A stretch of 64,000 nt of DNA from a virus (Duplodnaviria; Caudoviricetes), in IMG/VR virus record IMGVR_UViG_2706796482_000001, positions 69,532 through 133,531 of that record, one strand, 5' to 3'. Positions 17,566-25,923 of this stretch are shown piece by piece. A model generated the notes under the pieces. The model did no database searches and was not told the origin of the DNA. It was given only the letters and a program-made list of their open reading frames with translations. The translations under genes were made by a program, and so were the position numbers. Numbering within the stretch: position 1 is the stretch's first letter; every line of letters begins with the position of its first letter.

Positions 17566-17769
17566 ATGTCAAGCCGTATTGCTGTGGTTCTCAAGGGTCA
17601 GACTCCTGGTACTCCCATCATCGGTCCGAAGACGCGAGATGAGTATCGTGAGGCTTTCACCAAGGCAATTCAGGAAAAGGCTTCAACCATCACTGTAACT
17701 GACGAGGATGGAGATTACTACATCCTGGTGGTTGACCAGATTCAGGCGTTTGCTGTAGAATCTATCTAA
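17566..17769 (+). CDS. Hypothetical protein
   Basis: GAAAGG RBS. Confidence 0.6.
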   Translation: MSSRIAVVLKGQTPGTPIIGPKTRDEYREAFTKAIQEKASTITVTDEDGDYYILVVDQIQAFAVESI

Positions 17770-17791
17770 GCAAGCAGGCCGAAAGGCCCAA

Positions 17792-17862
17792 GCCCGCTTA
17801 GCTCAATGGGAGAGCGACGGTTTTACACACCGTATACGGGGGTTCGATTCCCTCAGTGGGTA
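17792..17862 (+). tRNA. tRNA-Val(TAC)
   Basis: Cloverleaf, loop TTTACAC. Confidence 0.92.
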
Positions 17863-17866
17863 CGCT

Positions 17867-17964
17867 GGTCAGTTGAAAGTCCTGAAAAGTTGGTCACTCA
17901 GTAAGGATTGTTTCATATGCAGGTCTAACCAGCCTCCGTACCGGGTTCGAATCCGGACTGACCG
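17867..17964 (+). ncRNA. Atypical tRNA-like RNA (CAT loop, enlarged D and variable regions)
   Basis: GGTCAGT/ACTGACC acceptor, T arm CCGG-GTTCGAAT-CCGG, TTGT-TTCATAT-GCAG. Confidence 0.6.
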
Positions 17965-17973
17965 TTGACTTAT

Positions 17974-18050
17974 GGGTTTGACGGGTGTAAGGTTACTGAA
18001 AGCCGACAATGGACCGGTAACTGTAGAGGGTTCGATTCCCTCCAAATCCA
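17974..18050 (+). ncRNA. D-armless tRNA-like RNA
   Basis: GGGTTTG/CAAATCC acceptor, GGTTACTG/CGGTAACT stem, GAGGG-TTCGATT-CCCTC. Confidence 0.62.
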
Positions 18051-18056
18051 CTTTAT

Positions 18057-18131
18057 GCGCCGTTGACGGGAACTGGCATACCTAGTTGACTTAGAATCAA
18101 CTGTTTGGGAGTTCGACTCTCCCACGGCGTA
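18057..18131 (+). tRNA. tRNA-Leu(TAG), short variable region
   Basis: Loop CTTAGAA. Confidence 0.85.
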
Positions 18132-18290
18132 CTCCATAACTAAAAAGACAAGGAACGAAATGTCTGACGAAAAGTGTCCGAGTGGCGGAATGCACGACTG
18201 GATGATATGGTCAGGGAAGTTCAGATGTCGCAAGTGTGGTACAACAAGTAAGGGTTGACAGCATCAGCCCGGCAACGTAAAGTTGCTTAT

Positions 18291-18364
18291 GCGTCGGTAG
18301 CCCAATGGCAGGAGGCACCAGTCTTAGGAACTGGACAGTGTGAGTTCGAGTCTCACTCGGCGTA
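18291..18364 (+). tRNA. tRNA-Leu(TAG), short variable region
   Basis: Loop CTTAGGA. Confidence 0.87.
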
Positions 18365-18417
18365 CTTTGGTAGTAAACGCGATGCTACCGAATGCACACA
18401 GGGTCGCTCCCGGTGTG

Positions 18418-18543
18418 AGGAGTATAGTTTAGTGGCAAAACAGTGAAATGCGCTGTCGAAAGAGGGAAGTTGCCGAGCTAAAGGCTGGTTCGCTTGAGTA
18501 GATATCAGAGTAGCAATCGTCGGTTCGATTCCGACTGCTCCGC
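18418..18543 (+). ncRNA. tRNA scaffold with about 70-nt insert replacing the anticodon arm
   Basis: GGAGTA/TGCTCC acceptor, D arm GTTT-AGTGGCA-AAAC, T arm GTCGG-TTCGATT-CCGAC; insert contains GTCGAAAGAG. Confidence 0.7.
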
Positions 18544-18686
18544 TAGCCTGCGCTAGATGCAGGAATGTAAGTCGGCAAGGGAGTGTACAATCCTAAACCG
18601 CATTTCTCAACGGCCTTGCAAGGGGCATCAAAGCAACAAGGTGAGAGCGTCTTGGTTGTTCCGGCTCATAACAGGAACCTCCCCAA

Positions 18687-18757
18687 TCCGTAGTGGTGTA
18701 GTGGTAACATACTTCCTTGCCAAGGAAGCGTTGCGAGTTCGATTCTCGTCTACGGGA
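18687..18757 (+). tRNA. tRNA-Gly(GCC)
   Basis: Cloverleaf, loop TTGCCAA. Confidence 0.9.
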
Positions 18758-18834
18758 CTCAATCAATGGGGTCTGGCGATGTAGGGCAGACTTAAACGAC
18801 AGTTCAATAATAAGACCGTGCCCATTGATTTTAT

Positions 18835-18907
18835 GCCTCGGTAGCGTAGTGGATGACGCGGATGCCTTCTAAGCATTTACAGGCAGGTTCGATTCCTGTC
18901 CGAGGTA
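18835..18907 (+). tRNA. tRNA-Arg(TCT)
   Basis: Cloverleaf, loop CTTCTAA. Confidence 0.92.
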
Positions 18908-19489
18908 CGTGAAGGTTAGAAAGATGGTCGTGTATTACACTGATGTCAATCAGGATGAAGAAGACCAGCTTATGGAAGCTGTAGAAAACATTCTCTGTCC
19001 TAATGCCTCAGAAGAGGACCATGAATGCAGAATGCACTTCATGTCTTGGCAAACGGTGGACGACTACGAAGAATGAAAATGCTCGGTAGAAAAGTCTGGA
19101 GAGGCCAGACGTTCGAAGACTCTCCAGTCAAAAATAAAATTTGGAGGCGTCGTGAACGAAGAGAATGGCACCGAGAATGGAATAATGACAGAGCTGATTC
19201 TACAAGGGATTCTTCAAATTCAGGAAGTTGATGAGAATGGCGACGTTCTTCTCTCACTAGACTGGGATGCTCTGTACGAGTACAATCCAGATATCTACCT
19301 GTATCTGAGAACTGCCGAACTTAACGGTCAGATGATACAATGAAGGCATGAAGACATTTACCATCGCAGTCAGCCTTCTGCTGTCAGTTGAAGCTCCTGA
19401 CCAATCAGACGCACTTGAAGCAGTCAAGGATACGTTTGGTGAAGGCGAAATCTGCGGAATAGATATCAAAGACGTTGAGGTTGAAGTAA

Positions 19490-19681
19490 TTGACGAACTT
19501 TGATATGCTGTCTAATCTACCAGGAGTTGAGTTCTTCCTTAAGTGCACATTTTGCCCGGAAGAGTCAGACGGAGACTTGACAGTTGAGCTTGAGCCTGGT
19601 ATGTTTGTACCAATGCCAATATGTGAATCATGTCTGGCAGAGCAGGCTAAAAACTTCAATATGATTGAAGGCCCGGAATAA
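19490..19681 (+). CDS. Small Zn-finger-like hypothetical protein
   Basis: CxxC...CxxC. Confidence 0.5.
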   Translation: MTNFDMLSNLPGVEFFLKCTFCPEESDGDLTVELEPGMFVPMPICESCLAEQAKNFNMIEGPE

Positions 19682-19690
19682 ACGGGCTAT

Positions 19691-19762
19691 GGGCGGTTAG
19701 TGTTAATGGTAGCACGAGTGCTTTGCACGCATTAAGCAGGGGTTCGAATCCCCTACTGTCCA
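19691..19762 (+). tRNA. tRNA-Ala(TGC)
   Basis: Cloverleaf, G3:U70, loop TTTGCAC. Confidence 0.92.
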
Positions 19763-19923
19763 CAACTTCCTGCGCAGGGAGGTGCAAAATGGGAAACAAT
19801 ACAGTTTGGACAATCGTTGGTGTTCTAGCGATTGTTGCTCTACTTATCTTCATTCTTTAATATATGTGGCTGGCCGATACGAACCCCATCGTATCTTTAC
19901 CCGAGGGTTAGGGACCAGCACTT

Positions 19924-19997
19924 GATTCAGTCGCAGAATTGGTACTGCAAAAGACTCTTAATCTTTGAGGATGTGGGTTCGAGTCCCACCTGAATCA
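19924..19997 (+). tRNA. tRNA-Lys(CTT)
   Basis: Cloverleaf, loop CTCTTAA. Confidence 0.9.
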
Positions 19998-20053
19998 CGT
20001 TGGGTTAGGGGACGCACACCTGGCGAGGTGCCCGCCCAGCTCCACTTAAACCC

Positions 20054-20081
20054 ACCCCAGCCCTCGTGGCTGGGGTTTTTT
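20054..20081 (+). terminator. Rho-independent terminator
   Basis: ACCCCAGCC-CTCGT-GGCTGGGGT-TTTTT. Confidence 0.75.
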
Positions 20082-20098
20082 ATGCTACAATAACTAAT

Positions 20099-20650
20099 AT
20101 GACTACACCAAAGAAGTACACCCCAAGACCAGGTGACATTGGACTGACCAGAATCGGGGGCCTCACAGGCGTCCTGGTGGGTCTAGGGCAATTCATCTTG
20201 AGGGATGCGAGCAGATACACTCACGTCTTTGTTGTTTTGAGTGAGACCGAAGTCATAGAAGCCATGCCAGGTGGAGCAATCATCAGCCCACTGGACAAGT
20301 ATGCTGGAACTACCAAGTATGGAAGTCCACTGGCAGCCTATCTAGACATCAAGTTGACACCAGAGCAGCGAGAGGCTATCGTAAGAGAAGCCCGGCAGCT
20401 AGAGGGAGTGCCTTACAGCTTCCTTGACTATGTTGCCTTGGCACTAGAACGAGTAGGCTTGCACTGGAAGTGGATTGAGAGTAGAGTTACTTCCAGCAAG
20501 CACATGATATGCTCTCAGCTAGCTGACGAAGCTTACAAGAGAGCTGGCGTCCATCTCTTTGAAGATGGTAGACTATCCCAAAAAGTTACCCCAGGAGATT
20601 TGACTTATGTCGGGTTCGACCAGCGGTACGATGAAGTGTCTGGGCTGTAA
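20099..20650 (+). CDS. Permuted papain-like NlpC/P60 amidase (YaeF/YiiX type)
   Basis: RPGDIGL, YTHVFV, GVPYS, ICSQL, VTPGDL. Confidence 0.8.
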   Translation: MTTPKKYTPRPGDIGLTRIGGLTGVLVGLGQFILRDASRYTHVFVVLSETEVIEAMPGGAIISPLDKYAGTTKYGSPLAAYLDIKLTPEQREAIVREARQLEGVPYSFLDYVALALERVGLHWKWIESRVTSSKHMICSQLADEAYKRAGVHLFEDGRLSQKVTPGDLTYVGFDQRYDEVSGL

Positions 20651-20853
20651 CAAGGACAAGCCCAAGAATGACTTCGGAACGACGGGCAACGCAAGGGCCT
20701 TGTGCTCACGCTGTAGGTCTGGTAACGTAGTACGTACAAGCAAGGGCAGCGGTCACAAGAATTCTGATGGAATTTGGATTGGAAACATCTTCGGAGGAAT
20801 TGCCGATATAATCGGTAGTATCTTTGACTAAGCAAGACGCCCGAAAGGGCTAT

Positions 20854-20929
20854 TCCGGTGGGGCTACTATTGGCAGTAGCGACGAGCTGTTAACTCGTTT
20901 CCCTGTAGGTTCGATTCCTGCCTCCGGAG
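20854..20929 (+). tRNA. tRNA-Asn(GTT)
   Basis: Cloverleaf, loop CTGTTAA, G73. Confidence 0.88.
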
Positions 20930-20931
20930 CT

Positions 20932-21050
20932 GTGACGCCAAAGCTCGTATACAGGGCACGGATAAATCCAAAGGGTAGCGTACGTATTCTAGATACTATG
21001 TGCGTGAGAGTATGGTATTAAAACCAGACTAACTGGTCAACGTCACCCCA
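20932..21050 (+). ncRNA. Unknown multi-hairpin RNA with terminal helix and CCCA end
   Basis: GTGACG/CGTCAC+CCCA enclosing about five short hairpins. Confidence 0.5.
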
Positions 21051-21257
21051 ACTTGACACTCCAACAACATCTGCTAGGATGAACACATGACAGAGAATGA
21101 AGCATGGTTGGTTACAGCAGCAACTCTTCTCCATGGTAAGTACAAGGATGAGGTTGTGATTCGAAATGGCCGACTATGGGTATGGTTCAAGAGCGATTCT
21201 GGAACCGAATGGACTCTCCAGTGTCCTAGCCAGATTGTAATTGACGAGGAGCATTAA

Positions 21258-21479
21258 ATGCCCTATGATGAAGAACTCGGATGTATTCGAGAGACCAGAA
21301 AATTCCCGGTGACCATGAAGGTTGCTGCATGGGATTCAAAGACACATAAGGGGCCTCAAGCAGGAGCTAAGGGCGAATGCTTTGAGCAGCGTAAGATTGA
21401 TGGAGACTGGTTTTACTACATCAGGTTCCCTGGTGAGAAAAGTTTCCACATCGCATACGCTGACCAGTGTCAGAAATAG
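21258..21479 (+). CDS. Hypothetical protein
   Basis: GAGGAG RBS. Confidence 0.6.
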   Translation: MPYDEELGCIRETRKFPVTMKVAAWDSKTHKGPQAGAKGECFEQRKIDGDWFYYIRFPGEKSFHIAYADQCQK

Positions 21480-21684
21480 ATTTACAAACAGCACGTAGAT
21501 TCACAGGCTAGAATGGGTTTTACTGATTTTCAAATCCAGGAGGCGGTGATGAAGAAGGGTTTAGCGGCCCTACTTACCCAAGAGGAATCAGTTGAGGGTA
21601 ATCGTGCTACAGTAAAAGAGCGGATGTTGGGACCGCTTCAAGCAAGAGACACCGCTCAAAGGTGGAGTGCTGCATCCCTTCCTA

Positions 21685-21758
21685 TGACCTATAGTTCAAT
21701 TGGCAGAGCAGATGGTTGTTACCCATCAAGTTGCAGGTTCGAGTCCTGCTAGGTCAGC
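21685..21758 (+). tRNA. tRNA-Asn(GTT)
   Basis: Cloverleaf, loop TTGTTAC. Confidence 0.9.
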
Positions 21759-22088
21759 TCGCACAGAGATTATATCAACGTGCTCTCGTAGAGTCCCAAC
21801 TTAGGTTGGGACTTTCTGCGTTAAGGCCCGGTGGTGTTGACAGGTTCCCTTGCTTCCAGTAGAGTAGTAACAAGCAAGCAGCCACAGAGTATGCTATCCT
21901 ATATAAACAAATAGGAGGCGACAATGAGGTTTGCTTTTGGACTAAGACCAGGACATGTTACCAAGCATGGTACAGTAGTCGCAGCACAGAAGACGCTTGA
22001 TGGAAAGCATGTGCAGTTGACTCTGGCTGGCAAGTCAGATAATGTAGTCGTAAGCAAGTACACACTTCTTAGAACTCGGAGAAAATAA

Positions 22089-22436
22089 GTGTCTGACGAA
22101 ACACCGCAGGATGAGCGTGGACTCAGGGAGCGAATGAAGGACGATTTCGCTGCCTATCGCAAGGCCAAGGGTATTCAGGCTTATGAGGCTGCCAAGCGCT
22201 ACCTCGTTAGCAAGGCTAAGGTCGAAAAAAAGAAGGCCCCTGCCGGAAAGCAGAAGAAGATTTCTGCGCTGAATCCTCGTGACCTCACGCCAGAGGGTGA
22301 GGTTTTGCAGGTGGGACGTAGTCCTATCAAGAAGAGTGAGTATGATGTAACCTTCATGACCGGCAGCGGAACTGTTCGTAAGACGTTCAGTGGAAGCGAC
22401 AAGATTGACGTTATCGGTCAGGGTGAAGTACGATAA
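22089..22436 (+). CDS. Hypothetical basic protein
   Basis: GGAG RBS, 115 aa. Confidence 0.65.
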   Translation: MSDETPQDERGLRERMKDDFAAYRKAKGIQAYEAAKRYLVSKAKVEKKKAPAGKQKKISALNPRDLTPEGEVLQVGRSPIKKSEYDVTFMTGSGTVRKTFSGSDKIDVIGQGEVR

Positions 22437-22455
22437 GCAAGGGCCTTCGGGCCAA

Positions 22456-22527
22456 GTCCCTATAGTTCAAGGGAAAGAACAAGACTCTCCTAAAGTCTAG
22501 ATGCAGGTTCGAATCCTGCTGGGGATA
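22456..22527 (+). tRNA. tRNA-Arg(CCT)
   Basis: Cloverleaf, loop CTCCTAA. Confidence 0.9.
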
Positions 22528-22776
22528 CGGTTGACGCGAGGCCCGGTAGGGTGTAGAGTAGTCAACAGAACGACACCTCCTAGTATTTGGAGTACACATC
22601 AATAGGAGGAAACAATGAAGGTATATATCGTAATCGAAGATATCTGCTGCTGTGGAATTGAAATTCTTGGGGTCTTTTCAACAGAGAAGAAGGCTCAGGA
22701 CTTCATTGACAGCGACGAGAAGTACAAGTATGCTGAGATTACAGAGGAAGAAGTGGCATAAGCCCGAAAGGGTTTT

Positions 22777-22851
22777 GGGAGCGTAGCTCAGTCTGGTCGG
22801 AGCAATGCACTGATAATGCATCGGTCGCTGGTTCAAATCCAGCCGTTCCTA
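22777..22851 (+). tRNA. tRNA-Ile(GAT)
   Basis: Cloverleaf, loop CTGATAA. Confidence 0.93.
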
Positions 22852-22924
22852 CGTAGCAAGGAGTCCATCGCTGTAACCGATGGAATTAAATGCCCGCAAT
22901 TCAGGAAGGGGCGTCCTAGCTTAT

Positions 22925-22997
22925 GGGGTCGTAGCATAACTGGTAATGCACTTGTATGGCATACAAGCGATTGTGGGTTCAAATCCCATCGACTCCA
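22925..22997 (+). tRNA. tRNA-Ala(GGC)
   Basis: Cloverleaf, G3:U70, loop ATGGCAT. Confidence 0.92.
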
Positions 22998-23194
22998 CTC
23001 TTTTAGTGTTTCTGCCATGAGGGTTAGAAAACACGCGGGTCAGCTCTAGCAGGCTGATTAGGATGCAAGGTATAACCCGTACCACCCCTTGCAGCAGACA
23101 TACCACATGTGCTAGCATGGTCTGTATATTGCGGTGATGGCCTGGTAAGCCTGACCTAGCTTATTATAGCCATAGGGTACCCTATGGCAACCAA

Positions 23195-23267
23195 GCTCCG
23201 GTAGCTCAGTTGGCAGAGCAGGGGACTCTTAATCCTCGTGTCGCTGGTTCAAGTCCAGTTCGGAGTA
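23195..23267 (+). tRNA. tRNA-Lys(CTT)
   Basis: Cloverleaf, loop CTCTTAA. Confidence 0.93.
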
Positions 23268-23391
23268 CAAAGCGTCATTGCAAGGACGCTCAATCACATT
23301 GGGGTTCGATTCCCTCTGGTGAAACAATGTGGTGTAATCGAGAAGAAAAGGCGAGGTCATTATGTGACCTGCTGTCTAGCTTCTCCCTTAT

Positions 23392-23466
23392 GGTCCAGTC
23401 GCACAGTCTGGCAGTGCAATTGACTTTTAATCTTTGAGGACGTGGGTTCGAATCCCACCTGGACCA
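23392..23466 (+). tRNA. tRNA-Lys(TTT)
   Basis: Loop CTTTTAA; weak anticodon stem. Confidence 0.82.
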
Positions 23467-23470
23467 CCTT

Positions 23471-23543
23471 GCCCTTTTAGCTCATTGGATAGAGCGATGG
23501 TCTTCGAAGCCATGCGTAGGGAGTTCGATTCTCTCAAGGGGCG
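23471..23543 (+). tRNA. tRNA-Arg(TCG)
   Basis: Cloverleaf, loop CTTCGAA. Confidence 0.92.
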
Positions 23544-23807
23544 CTTGACATAGCCAAGATGGCATGTCACACTGTTAACAGAACACAGCGGACAAGGCTT
23601 AGGCGGATGAGCACGGGCTTCCTAGCAATGGTTGAGGAAGCAGAAATCCGAATCGATGGACCGTCGCAACAAGCCGGTGGGATGCGAGTGGCTGACCAGT
23701 TCTGTTGACACAGCGGGGAACGTTGAGTATGCTAACCTCATAGAGGAACGACGACTAACAAGTTCCCCGCTTTCTAACAACCAACTATAGTAACTAGGAG
23801 TTACACA

Positions 23808-24596
23808 ATGGGTTTTCTGCGCAAGATGAAGAACTTCACGCCTGCGGCTAACCTTTCTGCAAGGAAGACGGTTACGCTGACCCGAATTCAGTCTGGTCGG
23901 CCTGCTGCAAACGTAAGTCTCATCAAGCAGAACGGCGTTTCCTTCGAGAAGAAGGTTGAGAGCGCTGTTAAGCTCCAGAAGAACCTGGGTGTCGATAACC
24001 GATTCGATGTTATCGCTCTGATTGATGAGTCCTACTCCATGGATGGACTGTTCGCTGATGGTACTGTTCAGGCAATTGCTGAGCGCGCCCTTGCGTGGAC
24101 TGCTGGTGTGGATGCGGACGGCATGGCTCCTGTCGGTGGCTTTGCTAGCGGCTTCAAGTGGCACGGTGAGATTGACCTCACCAATGTCATGGGTTGTGCG
24201 TCAAGTTGGAACACCTGGGGTGGAACTGACCTGGCTGCTGGTCTTAAGGCTGCATTTGAGGTTGCGAAGGGTGCTGACAATCCTGTCTATCTCTTTGTAG
24301 TTACCGATGGTGCTCCTAACGACCGACAGGCGGTAGTTAAGCTGGTCAAGGAGATGTCTCAGTATCCTATCTTCATCAAGTTCCTGCTCGTTGGCAATGA
24401 CCGCAGCGGTAAGCAGTTCCTTGAGTACCTGGATGACCTTGAAACTCATGAGGGTGCTTCCCGACTCTTTGACAACGTGGACACTCAGCACATTCAGAAC
24501 GTGTCTCGCGTCAGTGATGACGATTTCAACAAGGCCATGACTGAGGAAGTTCCTTCCGCCATTCAGGCAATGCGTGGAGTCGGTCTGGTTCGCTGA
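23808..24596 (+). CDS. vWA domain protein (TerF C-terminal/vWA-TerF-like)
   Basis: IDESYSM, GGTD, VVTDGAP, PIFIKF, FLEYLDDL..RLFDNVD. Confidence 0.85.
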   Translation: MGFLRKMKNFTPAANLSARKTVTLTRIQSGRPAANVSLIKQNGVSFEKKVESAVKLQKNLGVDNRFDVIALIDESYSMDGLFADGTVQAIAERALAWTAGVDADGMAPVGGFASGFKWHGEIDLTNVMGCASSWNTWGGTDLAAGLKAAFEVAKGADNPVYLFVVTDGAPNDRQAVVKLVKEMSQYPIFIKFLLVGNDRSGKQFLEYLDDLETHEGASRLFDNVDTQHIQNVSRVSDDDFNKAMTEEVPSAIQAMRGVGLVR

Positions 24597-24837
24597 GTTG
24601 ACACAACTCAGCAGATGATGTAGAGTAGTACACATCAGGGATGCAAAAACCCTCTCAAACTTGGCCTAAGAAGCCCGGTGGCGTTCAGGGAAGAGGGGAT
24701 GTGTGGTAGAGTGAACGTACCCACACAACAGCAAAGACAAAAATCTCCGTCTGAGGCTGATAATGTGGAGTAGTGCTAAAGGTAAAGAGGTGGAGCGAAA
24801 GCATAGAAGCCTATGACTTACCCCAAAGCACTATAAT

Positions 24838-24908
24838 GGCAGTAGGGCGCTCGGTGTGCCAACGACTCTCATAAGGTCGAGGGGCTGGTTCGAATCCAGC
24901 TATTGCTA
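24838..24908 (+). tRNA. tRNA-Met(CAT)
   Basis: Loop CTCATAA; irregular D arm. Confidence 0.8.
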
Positions 24909-24910
24909 CT

Positions 24911-24982
24911 TGCAGGTTAGTGAAACGGTATCACGTAGGGCTCATAATCCTAAATTCCTGTTCGACTCAGGGCCTGCCCCCA
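24911..24982 (+). tRNA. Initiator-type tRNA-fMet(CAT)
   Basis: 1:72 mismatch, GGG/TCC in anticodon stem, encoded CCA. Confidence 0.8.
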
Positions 24983-25353
24983 CGTAAAAACAAACAATCA
25001 AGCAAGAAAACTCAAGGAGAAAAACAATGCCTGGTCCTCTTTCCACTCCCGGTGCCGTCAAGCGTCCGACTGTTGCTGAGCAGATGAAGCGCGTTGCGGA
25101 CCTGATGAAGGGTAAGGCCCCTCGTACTGGTAAGACCGACAAGAAGCACGGTCGCTGACTCCAAGGAGTTAAATGGCTAAGTATCGTATCAAAGAGCATC
25201 TTGAGACAGTCTACGATAAGAACAAGGTAGACGAGCGAATTGAGGCTCTGCAAAAGATTGTTGATAACCGCAGGCGCGGTGGTAAGGTAATCTCAGAGCA
25301 TAAGCAAACTGGCAAAGTCCATCAGTGGTTGCTCTACTACGTTAAGGAGTAGC

Positions 25354-25593
25354 GTGGAATTTACAATGGAAGACGTACTAGCGGCTGTTGAGACGCTTGA
25401 TGGTCTCCAGCCAAGCTACTACCGTGATATCCTGGAAACAGGACCGGATGGCAGCGAAGAGTATACTCTCTATGGAGATGACCTCGGAGCAGTCATTCAT
25501 GCAATCCACGTTCTCAAGACTCACTTTGGGATTGTGGGAGTCAATCGGACCTTCGGGCCTGTTGCTTCTCCCAATCGAACTGTGGTAGACTGA
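25354..25593 (+). CDS. Hypothetical protein
   Basis: AAGGAG RBS. Confidence 0.6.
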   Translation: MEFTMEDVLAAVETLDGLQPSYYRDILETGPDGSEEYTLYGDDLGAVIHAIHVLKTHFGIVGVNRTFGPVASPNRTVVD

Positions 25594-25614
25594 GAACAAG
25601 CCCTTCGGGGTTAT

Positions 25615-25696
25615 GTGTGAGCGGCGAAGTTGGAGAGACGCGACGGTCTGTAAAACCGTTCCTTCGGGTGAGTCAGTTCGAATCTGACCTCACGCA
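25615..25696 (+). tRNA. tRNA-Tyr(GTA)
   Basis: Loop CTGTAAA, long variable arm. Confidence 0.92.
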
Positions 25697-25752
25697 CGTA
25701 CAGTATAATAGAAAGAAGAGGTTGTAGCAGCTCCTCTGGAAAAGCTGCCTAT

Positions 25753-25824
25753 GCATGTAAGCCAGGGATAAGCTAGGCGGGCCTGTAAAGCCCTACCTCG
25801 ATGGTTCGAATCCGTCTACATGCA
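25753..25824 (+). tRNA. tRNA-Tyr(GTA), atypical D arm and short variable region
   Basis: Loop CTGTAAA; acceptor GCATGTA/TACATGC. Confidence 0.75.
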
Positions 25825-25923
25825 CTCGGGTTATATCCTACCTGAAAGCCTACAGCTTGACTTCTTGGCTATGGACGCATAGACTGAACAAGAAGCCAGG
25901 CCGAGGGGCAAAGGATATCCTAT

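Noticed and set aside
22816-23437. Short ORFs overlapping tRNA clusters (also 3547-4014, 4773-5042, 17869-18446)
   Set aside because: They overlap well-formed tRNA/ncRNA genes and lack RBS
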